DNA of 50,079 nucleotides from a virus. Taxonomy: Duplodnaviria; Caudoviricetes. Both the position numbers and the translations under genes were made by a program. A model generated the notes under the pieces. It did no database searches. It had not been told where the DNA came from and saw nothing but the letters and a program-made list of their open reading frames with translations. Location of the stretch: IMG/VR virus record IMGVR_UViG_3300026189_000008, positions 1 to 50,079 of that record, one strand, 5' to 3'. Shown here one piece after another: positions 36,659 through 46,515 of this stretch; positions within the stretch are counted from its first letter, which is position 1; every line of letters begins with the position of its first letter.

Positions 36659-38122
36659 TTAAACAGTCTTCTTAAGTAGTAAGAAGTTGTTTGCAGCTTG
36701 TACACATAATGCTCTTTCAGAAAGGAAGTGAACGTTCATTTCGTCAATCGCGCTTGTGTAGTTACCACCAACTGAGCCAGTCACCCAAGACTTCATTCGT
36801 CTGTCATCAGCTTCAGAAGCTCTATAACGTACGTGTAAGAAAGGTCTTGAAATGTTCTTACCTAATTGTTGATCGTAAACTGTACTTGTTCCAGCAGGAA
36901 CTAAAACACCTAATACAGATCCTTGGTTTCCACCAGTTGTAGAATCGTTTAAGTATTTCCAGTCTGATTTATAGAAGTCATAAGAACCTCGTCTAAATCC
37001 TGTGAAACCTAAGTTAAGCGCCATATCCTCAGAATTTTCGAATACACCGTAAGATGTACCGCCCGCTCCGTAAGTATTTTGGCCAGCTAACATGTTGTCG
37101 ATAGACAAGTTTGTAGCTCTATTCAAGAACATCATGTTCTCTTCAATTGCACCTTGTTTATCTAATTCAGCTAAGATGTCGTCAAATTCGCCAACGCCTA
37201 CACCGCCTGCAGCACCAAAGTCAGGATCATTGTAAACAAGTCCTCTGTCTTCAATTGCAGCAAATAGACCTTCAGAACCGCTAAACCCTGCAGCACCTGC
37301 AGAACCTAAGATAGCTCCTTCGTCTTTAACAGCTTCAATCATTGCCATTTCTAACTGATCTTCGAATCTAATTCTTGCTTCATGCTCTGATTTTAAATAC
37401 CATAAGTATCCAGATGTACCAGACTCAGTTGTTACTTCAACCCACCCGATTTGTGCAACATCAGAACCATTTACATTATACTTATCTCTAAGAATAATTG
37501 GTTTGTTATTGAACTGAGTGAATTTAGCATCAATAGAGTTACCTACATCGCCAGATCCTTTTGGATATTCAGAACCATAGATAAAGATTTTAACGTCACT
37601 TAATGCACCAGCACCTAAACCTGATAAGTTACCAGCTCCATAAGGAGTTACAGTAATTGAATCAGTTAAAGATGAACCCGCTGCAGAAGGAGCGTCACTA
37701 ACTCTTGCTTTTACAGAATTAACACCAACACTTACATTGACAGTAGCACCAACTCCAACTAATTGAGCTTTTTGCTCAGCAGTTTGTGCACCGGCAACGC
37801 CAGCAGCGTCATCCTCAAAAGTAATAGTTCCCGTCGTTGGGTCTGCAATTGAACAATCGTCAAACGCAACGTGTAGTCTAGCTTGCTCGCTCCAGACCAC
37901 TACATCAGACGCCATAGGCATCTCAGCACCTACCATTCTTAAGAAGCCAGATATAGTTCTGTTACCATATCTTTCTACTTCTTTTTCATATACTTCAGGT
38001 AGAAACTGTTGAGTGAAATCTAGATCGGCAATCGACAAATAGTTATCTCCGAATAACCCTTTAACAGGTCTTGGAGTCAGGTGATTTAATTGGGCACCTG
38101 TACCCGGATTTGGAAAAGCCAT
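36659..38122 (-). CDS. Major capsid protein
   Basis: 487 aa; follows portal and scaffold; hairpin immediately downstream; QQFLPEVYEKEVERYGNR N-terminal motif. Confidence 0.85.
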   Translation of the reverse strand: MAFPNPGTGAQLNHLTPRPVKGLFGDNYLSIADLDFTQQFLPEVYEKEVERYGNRTISGFLRMVGAEMPMASDVVVWSEQARLHVAFDDCSIADPTTGTITFEDDAAGVAGAQTAEQKAQLVGVGATVNVSVGVNSVKARVSDAPSAAGSSLTDSITVTPYGAGNLSGLGAGALSDVKIFIYGSEYPKGSGDVGNSIDAKFTQFNNKPIILRDKYNVNGSDVAQIGWVEVTTESGTSGYLWYLKSEHEARIRFEDQLEMAMIEAVKDEGAILGSAGAAGFSGSEGLFAAIEDRGLVYNDPDFGAAGGVGVGEFDDILAELDKQGAIEENMMFLNRATNLSIDNMLAGQNTYGAGGTSYGVFENSEDMALNLGFTGFRRGSYDFYKSDWKYLNDSTTGGNQGSVLGVLVPAGTSTVYDQQLGKNISRPFLHVRYRASEADDRRMKSWVTGSVGGNYTSAIDEMNVHFLSERALCVQAANNFLLLKKTV

Positions 38123-38138
38123 AATCTAAAATTTAAAG

Positions 38139-39380
38139 TTATTTTCTAGTTTTTATTTTAAGTTTGGATCCGAATGTAGTATCTGAAGGGACAGCTCTAA
38201 CAGTCCAGCCGTTTGCCGCTTTTGTTTCATGAACCGCTCTCGGGTTCATATCGACATTTTTAGCTTTCGCAACGCTATCCTTCACTGCATCAGCTTTACC
38301 TTGTTGATAAAAATGATTTGCAATTTGATCTGCATTCATCGCCGTAAATAAAGACTTGTGGTAACCGCGAGCATCTGACATTGTATTATTTTTATCTAAG
38401 AACATCTTAACAAAATTATTAATATCACTCTGAGTTTCCTTAACAGTATCCGTGTTTTTTACATTAAACCTATACTTTTTGTCTCCGACTGCATATTCAA
38501 AACCTTTGAAAGTTTTGTCGAACACTTGATTGGTTTGATTTAAAAACACTTGCTGCTGTCTTTCAGCTACCTTAGTAGCTTGTTTGTTTTCTTGGTTGTA
38601 CCTATCAAAAAAGTCAACCGCTTTTTGCTGGTCCGGCGTTAGCTTCGAGCCAGCTTTAATTTCATTATAGTATTTATTTTTTAAACCTTCTAAATGGTTT
38701 TTAGCTTTTGCAGCTTCTTCTTTAAAAGCAATCTTTGCTTTACGAATTTGCTTTGGCTCATCGACTTCTTCGTCATAACTAAAGTCTTCCATTAAAAGAT
38801 TAATATCTTCTGCGTCTAAATGAGGCTTAGTTGTTTCGTAATATTCACGTATTAACTGTGCGTCATTTAATTTTGAATAATCTGTATTTAGTTTTACATA
38901 ATCATTCAAATCACCGCCTGTTTCATTCATAAATTCAATTACCTTTTCTAATCCTTCGGGTAATTCAACTTGTGCTTCTGTTTGCGGTAGTATTTCTTCT
39001 TGTTCCGGTGCGGAGTCGGCAGCTTCATCGCTTCCAACCACTCCTGCCTCGTCAGGGTTATCTGTTTCATCGGTTACTTCTTCTAATATGGTTTCTTCAT
39101 TTTGAACGGGCTCATCTTCGCTGGTGTCCCGTACTTCTTCAGCCACTTCTTCGCCGTCTTGCGAGTCTTCGGATTGTCCGACAGTATCATCGCTGTCATC
39201 TGCGCTTTGTTCTTGAATGGCATCTTCTTGCGGTTTATTAAGTTTACCTAAATCTAATTTAATTGTACCATCTTCGGCTACCGAGGCACCCGTATCTGGT
39301 TTTGGTTCTTCAACTGGTTGTTCAGTTTGCTCTTGTCCCTCAACTTGAGTTTCAAGAACTTCTTCTTGTTTTTCTGACAT
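38139..39380 (-). CDS. Scaffolding protein
   Basis: Very acidic low-complexity N-terminal third, helical remainder; between portal and capsid genes. Confidence 0.7.
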   Translation of the reverse strand: MSEKQEEVLETQVEGQEQTEQPVEEPKPDTGASVAEDGTIKLDLGKLNKPQEDAIQEQSADDSDDTVGQSEDSQDGEEVAEEVRDTSEDEPVQNEETILEEVTDETDNPDEAGVVGSDEAADSAPEQEEILPQTEAQVELPEGLEKVIEFMNETGGDLNDYVKLNTDYSKLNDAQLIREYYETTKPHLDAEDINLLMEDFSYDEEVDEPKQIRKAKIAFKEEAAKAKNHLEGLKNKYYNEIKAGSKLTPDQQKAVDFFDRYNQENKQATKVAERQQQVFLNQTNQVFDKTFKGFEYAVGDKKYRFNVKNTDTVKETQSDINNFVKMFLDKNNTMSDARGYHKSLFTAMNADQIANHFYQQGKADAVKDSVAKAKNVDMNPRAVHETKAANGWTVRAVPSDTTFGSKLKIKTRK

Positions 39381-39408
39381 GATAAAATATTATATAATTA
39401 TACATTAC

Positions 39409-39417
39409 TATTATTAC
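39409..39417 (-). promoter_or_regulatory. Candidate phage-sigma promoter element GTAATAATA
   Basis: About 28 nt upstream of the scaffold-capsid genes; overlaps the portal stop codon. Confidence 0.33.
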
Positions 39418-41840
39418 TTCGGTTCGAAGGAACCTAAGTCAAATCCACCGCCTATAATGTCGTTACCTCCTGATTCAAAGTTGGTTGGCGGCTTATTGTT
39501 TTTTCTTTGTTCAATTAATTCACTTTGTTGAGACGCTTGTAATTTAGTTCTTTCGTCTTTTCTATCCTCTCTTTGAGATTCTCTTTGTTGTAAATTTTGA
39601 ACTTCCATGCCTTTAAGTTGCATGTTATATTGAAACTCCTGCTCCATTAAAGCTTTTTTAGCCATAACTTCTGCTTGAAGTTTTTGAAGATCCATTTGAC
39701 CTTCAAGTTGTACAAGCTGTGCTTTTTGTGCTGTTAAAGCTTCGTTCTTTTGAACTTCTGCTTGTGCTGCAACTTGCTGTGCTTGTGCGTTTGCTTCTGC
39801 TTGCGCTTGTATATTCTGCTGTTGCATCATTTGATCGCGCTCTGCTTTCTTTTTACGTCTAAGTTTTAAAAGCTGATTTGCTAGTTTTAAACTTTTAATA
39901 TTTCTTATATCAATAGCATCATCTAAATCAATTAGACCTGCTGACAATGCTGTTTGAATATTGTTTTCTAACATTTGTTTTTCTTCATCATCCGGCATTA
40001 ATTCAATAAATATACCAAAGTCATACAAATGTAATTGCGACATTTCTTTTAATGTAGCCACATTTAAACCGCCGATCTTTTGTATAAAAGCATCTGCAGT
40101 TGGTGAGTACTCAACAATATCTGATATTCTAAGTGATAATCCGTCACATAAATTTTTAGTTAAAAACAAACCACCCTCTAATATGTGCCTTGTGGCTGTA
40201 TTACTATTAGCTGCTGCTAATTTTTGTATACCAACTAATGAATGTTTATCTGGTGTGCTACCATCCCTTGCTTCATTTAATCCGGTCACATCTCTTATCA
40301 TTTGTAAATAATAATTATATGTGCTAATTAATGACTGTAGCTTATTACCGCCAGAACCACTAGTTATTTCTTGAATAGGTATTTTACCTGGGTTCATATC
40401 ACCCTCTTGTGTAAACGATCTACCAATTACAGAACCTGTTTGAAAAAACATATTTAATGCTTCTTGCGGATTGTAATTAGTTCCATTGCCTAAATCAACT
40501 TCTGCTAAACCATCAGCGTCAAGATATACACCATCTGGCACCATTCTTGACATTACCTGCTGTAGTTTTAAATGTGTTAACTGAATCATATCTGCAAACC
40601 CAGTTATTCTGCTAACTAAACTTTCAATACGACCTTTATACATTCTTGGTGCAACTATACTGTAATTCATCATTACTTTTGTATAATCACTTTTTGGGCG
40701 TATCATATTCTTCGCCATTTCCCATTTAAGTAAATAATCCGTGCCTAAAACTAATACACCTTCGTATAATACTTCTAATACTTTTGACAACTTGCCAAAC
40801 CTTGCTTCTAATACTTCAGTTGGCGGATCAAACGTATCATCTTTCATTATAATTTTATCTGCACCTGTGGCTGTTTCTTTTAATTTATAAACTTCATTCA
40901 TATAAGTTTTATAATTAAAATATAATATCTGTACAGTATTAGAATCTGATGTATCGTAATTAGTTAAAGTCCTATCGTAAAAACCATTGTTCTGGTAACC
41001 TTGCTTAGATATTTGTTCTAAGTCTGAATCGCTTAACTCTGGAAATTGTTTCTTTAATTCATTTATGGGCACGCTTTTAATTTCACCACAATAATAAATA
41101 TCATCAAAATAAGGTGAATCTGTATATGACCACACTAAATTAGCAGGATCTACATAATCTACTTTAACACCTTCTGACTTTGTAAATGAATTTTTTACAG
41201 CACCAATACCTAATACTGTTAAATCATAAGTTATTCTTTTCTTTGTTAAATCATAATGATTACCTGTTAACAAAGTATTTATCGCTTGCTCTTCTGCTAA
41301 TTCTACACCTTGTTTGTAGCTTAGCTGCATATGCAATTCTAACTCTTCTTGTGACTCTGGCAACATTTCAGGTTTGTTTTCAAACATGTTAATGCCAAAG
41401 TTTTGTTGTGCAAATTCATTTAATTCTTTTGTTTGCATATCACGTATAAGCGAATTCATATACTTTGTTCTTTTCGCTACACCATATGGATCTTGTGAAT
41501 ATGCTTTAACATCAAATACCCTTTCTGATATTCCGTTTACAACTATATCTACAAACTTAGGTATAATAGGTACGGGTTTCCAATCTAAATTAAGATATGA
41601 CAAGTCACCATTAATAGATAACTCGTCTTTATATTTTTGTATGCCTTGTTCACCTCGCGCATATAATCGCAAACGATGAAAAGTATTTTGATTACTTCTA
41701 AATCTATTAGTTCCAGAATCCGATTTAAACCATTCATCTTGAATAGCTCTACCGACTCTTAAACCATAATCGCTAGACATTTTTTCTTGATCGCTAGCAA
41801 TCTGACTTGGAAAAAAACTGTTTATAACTGACTCAGCCAT
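39414..41840 (-). CDS. Portal protein
   Basis: 808 aa directly after terL; PIIPKFVDIVVNG, IRDVTGLNEARDG and a Gln-rich C-terminal coiled coil. Confidence 0.85.
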   Translation of the reverse strand: MAESVINSFFPSQIASDQEKMSSDYGLRVGRAIQDEWFKSDSGTNRFRSNQNTFHRLRLYARGEQGIQKYKDELSINGDLSYLNLDWKPVPIIPKFVDIVVNGISERVFDVKAYSQDPYGVAKRTKYMNSLIRDMQTKELNEFAQQNFGINMFENKPEMLPESQEELELHMQLSYKQGVELAEEQAINTLLTGNHYDLTKKRITYDLTVLGIGAVKNSFTKSEGVKVDYVDPANLVWSYTDSPYFDDIYYCGEIKSVPINELKKQFPELSDSDLEQISKQGYQNNGFYDRTLTNYDTSDSNTVQILYFNYKTYMNEVYKLKETATGADKIIMKDDTFDPPTEVLEARFGKLSKVLEVLYEGVLVLGTDYLLKWEMAKNMIRPKSDYTKVMMNYSIVAPRMYKGRIESLVSRITGFADMIQLTHLKLQQVMSRMVPDGVYLDADGLAEVDLGNGTNYNPQEALNMFFQTGSVIGRSFTQEGDMNPGKIPIQEITSGSGGNKLQSLISTYNYYLQMIRDVTGLNEARDGSTPDKHSLVGIQKLAAANSNTATRHILEGGLFLTKNLCDGLSLRISDIVEYSPTADAFIQKIGGLNVATLKEMSQLHLYDFGIFIELMPDDEEKQMLENNIQTALSAGLIDLDDAIDIRNIKSLKLANQLLKLRRKKKAERDQMMQQQNIQAQAEANAQAQQVAAQAEVQKNEALTAQKAQLVQLEGQMDLQKLQAEVMAKKALMEQEFQYNMQLKGMEVQNLQQRESQREDRKDERTKLQASQQSELIEQRKNNKPPTNFESGGNDIIGGGFDLGSFEPK

Positions 41841-41844
41841 ATGT

Positions 41845-44052
41845 TTATTTTATTATTTCAGATATTGCACCACTATTTTTATACTTAGCAATATGCAAGT
41901 TTAATTTTGGTTTTTCAACTTTAGGATTAGGTCTGTATAAGTGTCTATTGCATGCCATAATTGCTAATCCTGAACTAATAGTGGCATCAAATTTTGTTCT
42001 TTTGTTAATATCAAATCTACCCCAATCTAACAAGGTATCATTAAAATACATATCACCGTATCCCTCATCTTTAATACCAACATATTGTTGTATGTAACTT
42101 TCTATTGCGGCTGCGTGAGCTTGTTTAATATCTTCACTTGAATTAGGTATACCACCTATTTCTTTTTCTGCAACAGATAATTTATTCCAAATTTTATCTG
42201 GTCTATTCATTGAATAACCCCTATATCCTCTACGCTTAAAATAATACAACAATCTTGGTTTATTATTTTCAGCAAGTATCGGCATTCCGTAAAACACACA
42301 AGCCATTAACACATCTTCAAAAAACATTTCTGCTGTCTGTGGTCTAGCTATATACTCCAAAAAGAAATGATTTGGAGGGGCGTTTTCCATACTAAATTTA
42401 GTTAACCCATGCAAAGAACCCTTAGAACCTTTGCCATCGGTAGTTCCTGATATATCATAACTATCACAACCAAATGCACCCATGTGTTCATTACCCGGGT
42501 GACGTATACCGTTTTTAATTATTTGTGCATTTTGTAATTCTGCATTAGGCACCCAAGATATTTTAAATCTTCCTTGTGGGTTAGGCGAGAACATAACTCT
42601 TGAATCTTTTATGCCATTAGTCCAACTAAAGGTACCTGTATTTATAACGTTACTATTTTTTAAATCTTCGTTATAATCAATCTGTTCGTATATTTTTACT
42701 AAATTAAATATACTATTTTTAGTTTCATCTCGGAACGCATGTTCCTCTGTACGCGGGAACTGTCTATAGAACTCATTTAAAGCGTCCTGGTCGCCTTTTA
42801 AGCCGTCCGCCTCATTATGCCAGTGTTCAATAACTCCGACATCAATCGGGTCTCCGTAGACATCAACACAAGTTTCTGATGGCGTCTCGAATACAGGCAT
42901 TCCAAAAGAATCAATGAATCCTTCGTAATTCCATTCCATAGGTATGAACAAAGAATAGAGTCCTGACTTTGTCTGTCCATTGCGGTTTCGTTTTGTGACG
43001 TCCGAATCATAATATAGTTTTTTAAAGTTATCACCACCTTTATCCAGAGCATTACTCGTGGATCCCATCATACACTTACCAATAACTCTACTACCTAATC
43101 TAAGCGTAGTTTTAGTGACGCGCCAGTTGTTGAGGATGTTATCCGGCCTTTCCCACTTCCCACTTTCATCGTGGACGAGGAGCGCGAGCTTCTCACCGTC
43201 GTAGGAGTTATCACCGGTGTTCTTCCAGTCGATTGTTGTGTCCAACCCTGTGAGCTCCTCGGGCCTTTCACCCGTGAGTATTTTTTTACGGGTAAATTTA
43301 CTGGCTGGTACACGATATGCCAACTCGGTTTTGGGGCGGTCCATACCGTCCTGAATCGGTTTGAAAAAGAAGGGGTAATTAACCGATATTGGAACCACCT
43401 TGTCTGTGAACATCTTTTTAGCATCAGCACCGGACTTTGATAATATACCATATCTAGAGTCAGAGGATATGGTTGCCAAATTAACGGTTTCTCCAGAGGC
43501 CATAAAGGAAAAGCCAGACCGTCTATTCTTGAGGTAGCACATCCCATAGGATCTTCTATCTGCTTTACAAGCTTCCCAGAAAATAAAGAATAATCTATTT
43601 GCTTCCCGAAACTCTGGCTTCCCAACATCAATCTTGGACCACTGCAAGTACATATAATGAGTGCCAGTAATATAAGTAGGATTACCTTTGTTGTAAAACC
43701 AATAACCCTCTTCTCGTAATTTAAACTGTTCATCTATATATGGTTCCCATTTATCTTTAAAATCATTTGGGTAATCTCTCCATTCAAAAGCGCTTGTAAT
43801 TCTTGAAAGCTCTTTATGGTATTCATGTGAAACCCACTGATCTTCTTTTTTATCTAACTTAGATGGTTTTTTTGGTAAAGCTATTTTAAGATTCTGTATA
43901 TTATATATTTCACCAATTTGCCCCGTCTTACTTATTATAACAACATCATGTTCTTTGTTATATCCGTATTTCCACTTCTTAGTTTTATTTAATCTAGATA
44001 TTGTATTTTCTTTTATAGGCGTTACAACCTTGTATAAAGTTTGCTTGTACAT
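41845..44052 (-). CDS. terL: Terminase large subunit
   Basis: Walker A-like KNRRSGFS, Walker B LLVHDESGKW, coupling motif GSTSN, nuclease motifs FGCDSYD and FDATISSG. Confidence 0.92.
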   Translation of the reverse strand: MYKQTLYKVVTPIKENTISRLNKTKKWKYGYNKEHDVVIISKTGQIGEIYNIQNLKIALPKKPSKLDKKEDQWVSHEYHKELSRITSAFEWRDYPNDFKDKWEPYIDEQFKLREEGYWFYNKGNPTYITGTHYMYLQWSKIDVGKPEFREANRLFFIFWEACKADRRSYGMCYLKNRRSGFSFMASGETVNLATISSDSRYGILSKSGADAKKMFTDKVVPISVNYPFFFKPIQDGMDRPKTELAYRVPASKFTRKKILTGERPEELTGLDTTIDWKNTGDNSYDGEKLALLVHDESGKWERPDNILNNWRVTKTTLRLGSRVIGKCMMGSTSNALDKGGDNFKKLYYDSDVTKRNRNGQTKSGLYSLFIPMEWNYEGFIDSFGMPVFETPSETCVDVYGDPIDVGVIEHWHNEADGLKGDQDALNEFYRQFPRTEEHAFRDETKNSIFNLVKIYEQIDYNEDLKNSNVINTGTFSWTNGIKDSRVMFSPNPQGRFKISWVPNAELQNAQIIKNGIRHPGNEHMGAFGCDSYDISGTTDGKGSKGSLHGLTKFSMENAPPNHFFLEYIARPQTAEMFFEDVLMACVFYGMPILAENNKPRLLYYFKRRGYRGYSMNRPDKIWNKLSVAEKEIGGIPNSSEDIKQAHAAAIESYIQQYVGIKDEGYGDMYFNDTLLDWGRFDINKRTKFDATISSGLAIMACNRHLYRPNPKVEKPKLNLHIAKYKNSGAISEIIK

Positions 44053-44324
44053 TATTTAGATCTTCTTTCCGCAAACCCTCCAAATGATTTAGGTTTGTCC
44101 TCTCGTGGTTTATCATCAAGTATATTTTCTTCTTCCTGAATTCTAGTAAGTATTTCGAAAGCGTCGAATATAGCCAACTTTTTTGTTGCCGCTGCATTTT
44201 TTAATCTATCAGCTGCTAAGTCATCATCTGATTCTACAATTGGTTCTTCTGCAACTTTTATAAGCTCATCAACCGCTTTGTAACCAGCTTTTATTATATT
44301 CCTCTTTTTCTCCTTGATGTTCAT
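44052..44324 (-). CDS. Putative terminase small subunit
   Basis: Small helical ORF translationally coupled (TAATG) to terL. Confidence 0.5.
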   Translation of the reverse strand: MNIKEKKRNIIKAGYKAVDELIKVAEEPIVESDDDLAADRLKNAAATKKLAIFDAFEILTRIQEEENILDDKPREDKPKSFGGFAERRSK

Positions 44325-44841
44325 ATTTAATTGTAATTGAATTTGTAGGAATTCTATATAATACTTCGTTATCTATATTAAATTCGTATTCCCTATTTGG
44401 TTTAAACCCTACTATATCACCGACATTACCAGCTTTAAAGTAAGGATCTTTATATACTATTTCACCAACAAGCTCATTGTCTTTTATTGGTTTTATAAAA
44501 TTATAACCAGGAAGTGCGTTCCATATTGTTATTCTTTTATAAGCATATATTTGTTCAACAGGCACTATATATAAATCGTCTCTATACCAATTACGACTTC
44601 TTTTTTCTTCACCCCTAATATCATTAAACCTGCGAAAAACATTATGATGTACTATTACTTCATCACCGAACTCAATACCCATTGAATTATAAGCTGGTGT
44701 ATATTCAACAATACCAATTCTTGAAACAAACTTATGGTCTGATTTGTCTGTATTTAATATTAAAGTTTTATCATCAATTTGTTTTTCGTTGCTATAAGCC
44801 TTATCGTAAGGTCTTACAACGAAGTCAAACAAGCCTCGCAT
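44269..44841 (-). CDS. GroES-like protein with two tandem GroES-type halves
   Basis: FVVRP...GIVEY...EFGDEVIV and FIKP...GEIVY...VGDIVGF...LYRI. Confidence 0.55.
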   Translation of the reverse strand: MRGLFDFVVRPYDKAYSNEKQIDDKTLILNTDKSDHKFVSRIGIVEYTPAYNSMGIEFGDEVIVHHNVFRRFNDIRGEEKRSRNWYRDDLYIVPVEQIYAYKRITIWNALPGYNFIKPIKDNELVGEIVYKDPYFKAGNVGDIVGFKPNREYEFNIDNEVLYRIPTNSITIKYEHQGEKEEYNKSWLQSG

Positions 44842-45059
44842 TAGTATTCTAAGTTGTATTCTATTGCAATAGCCATGTTTTTATTAAAGTCTTTCCAAGG
44901 TATAACATCATTACCTTTTTTAATATATATTGAATACTTATCTTCTTCTTCAATAATACTATCTATAATATGACCGCCATATACTTCTTGCCCTACGGAA
45001 TAGTGCATAGCGTCATTCTTATAGTCTTTGCCGATACTAATCTTCCTGAGCAGGTTCAT
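44841..45059 (-). CDS. Hypothetical protein
   Basis: 72-aa ORF coupled to both neighbours. Confidence 0.65.
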   Translation of the reverse strand: MNLLRKISIGKDYKNDAMHYSVGQEVYGGHIIDSIIEEEDKYSIYIKKGNDVIPWKDFNKNMAIAIEYNLEY

Positions 45060-45276
45060 CTTTTAATTCTCCTGTTTTAATATCAACAATTTTATTACCG
45101 TAATCATCTTGTAATTCTTTTTGTATTACAGATAATGTTTGCTCAGATTGGTTTAAAGCATGCAGCATTTTATGCTTGCTTGATTCTAATTTACCAACCT
45201 CTAATGTAATGTTGTTTATTTCGGTAACTACTGCTTGCAATTTTTCTAATTGCTCTTTTTTAATTTTATTTGCCAT
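45037..45276 (-). CDS. Small coiled-coil protein
   Basis: Heptad pattern, ends YGNKIVDIKTGE. Confidence 0.65.
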   Translation of the reverse strand: MANKIKKEQLEKLQAVVTEINNITLEVGKLESSKHKMLHALNQSEQTLSVIQKELQDDYGNKIVDIKTGELKDEPAQED

Positions 45277-45282
45277 TTTATT

Positions 45283-45507
45283 TTATTTAACTGTTCTATT
45301 GCCCAAATTTAATTTATAGTATTCAACAAACTTCATAGGATCTGCATAATATTCTTTTAACAGATCTAATGCTCTTTGTATGTCATCATGAAGAAACACA
45401 TATTGCGGGCAGCCAACTGTGATTATCCATTTTTTTTGTTTTTCACCCCACTGTATTTTAACTACTTTACCTTTAGGGGAGCCTAAGTTGTATGGGTTAT
45501 TTTCCAT
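45283..45507 (-). CDS. Hypothetical protein
   Basis: ATG 45507 overlaps the end of the holin-like gene. Confidence 0.55.
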   Translation of the reverse strand: MENNPYNLGSPKGKVVKIQWGEKQKKWIITVGCPQYVFLHDDIQRALDLLKEYYADPMKFVEYYKLNLGNRTVK

Positions 45508-45961
45508 TTTTAATTGTTTGGAATTTTTCAGCTCCACGTGAACCAAAATAAGCTACATAAACTGTAACTAAAAGTGTTTGAAGCAAATCAACCCATCCAG
45601 CCGACACGCTGAAACTCCATTCAAAGCTATCCAACAATATTAAAAATACCATTGATATAGTTAAAAATATCAAACTCATTGGCCTTGTATTTTTACTTAG
45701 CCAACTATCTGATTTCATATCTGACTCCCAGCGTTTAGACACTTCCTGCATTTCTACCATATCCATTTCTAAAAGCTTCATAGCTTTTTCTTTATCTTCT
45801 GCAGGCATAGCCTCATCTTTACTAATTAGGTTTTTAACTACACCTAATACTCCGTTGTCAGGTAATATATCGCCAACTGTGCCTAGTATACCAGGTGCAG
45901 CTTTGCTTAAAAATTTTCCTACTTTTGTTTCAGAAAATTTCTTTTTATTTTTTTGACTCAT
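45497..45961 (-). CDS. Holin-like membrane protein (3TM holin family)
   Basis: RWESDMKSDSWLSKNTRP followed by two TM segments and YFGSRGAEK. Confidence 0.72.
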   Translation of the reverse strand: MSQKNKKKFSETKVGKFLSKAAPGILGTVGDILPDNGVLGVVKNLISKDEAMPAEDKEKAMKLLEMDMVEMQEVSKRWESDMKSDSWLSKNTRPMSLIFLTISMVFLILLDSFEWSFSVSAGWVDLLQTLLVTVYVAYFGSRGAEKFQTIKNGK

Positions 45962-46094
45962 AAGGAAACATTTTATTTAAAGTTTCTTTTCTTTTTTGAC
46001 ACCCGCATCCGCCAGGTATCTTATCAGCTAACTTTTTAATTCCAGTAGCTTTAGTAAACTTTTCTATAGTATCTCCTAATCCTTGTGATTCCAT
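45945..46094 (-). CDS. Small CGC-motif protein (49 aa), not in the ORF track
   Basis: MESQGLGDTIEKFTKATGIKKLADKIPGGCGCQKRKETLNKMFPYESKK*; overlaps the holin start. Confidence 0.7.
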   Translation of the reverse strand: MESQGLGDTIEKFTKATGIKKLADKIPGGCGCQKRKETLNKMFPYESKK

Positions 46095-46172
46095 AACTTA
46101 AAAATATTAAACTGACTATTAAAATATGATATAGGTTTATGTGAGCCTCGCCACATGCCCCTGTTAAGTGTT

Positions 46173-46514
46173 CTAACAATTCCATCTTCTTCTTGCGGCT
46201 CTACCTCTTTCAGACTTCCAGCTTTTTGATCTTGCACAAAATGACTTTCTTCTCTTAGCGGCTTTACTGCCTGGCTTTAATTTAGATGGGTCCTTAGTTA
46301 CTGCGGTTTGTAATTTACTACCCGGGTTATCTCTTTTATATTTATCTACTCCTTTTTGTGACATACCGCCACCTGCAGCCGCACCTGTACCGGTTGACTT
46401 TGCTTCGTTATAATATCCTTTAGATTTTTTACGAGAAGGCGCATCGCCTCTTTTTTTTGCAGGTGAGCCTAAAGCATTTGGGCCTACACCTTTTCTTTTA
46501 AATGGTGTATCCAT
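46173..46514 (-). CDS. Very basic small protein
   Basis: ATG 46514 is 1 nt after the upstream stop; GVGPNALGSPAKK...KRRKSFCARS...RRWNC. Confidence 0.75.
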   Translation of the reverse strand: MDTPFKRKGVGPNALGSPAKKRGDAPSRKKSKGYYNEAKSTGTGAAAGGGMSQKGVDKYKRDNPGSKLQTAVTKDPSKLKPGSKAAKRRKSFCARSKSWKSERGRAARRRWNC

Positions 46515-46515
46515 A

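Noticed and set aside
46095-46172. Intergenic ATGTG...CACAT inverted repeat and a 26-codon ORF
   Set aside because: Stem is short and bulged and the ORF is featureless; not enough support for an RNA element or gene
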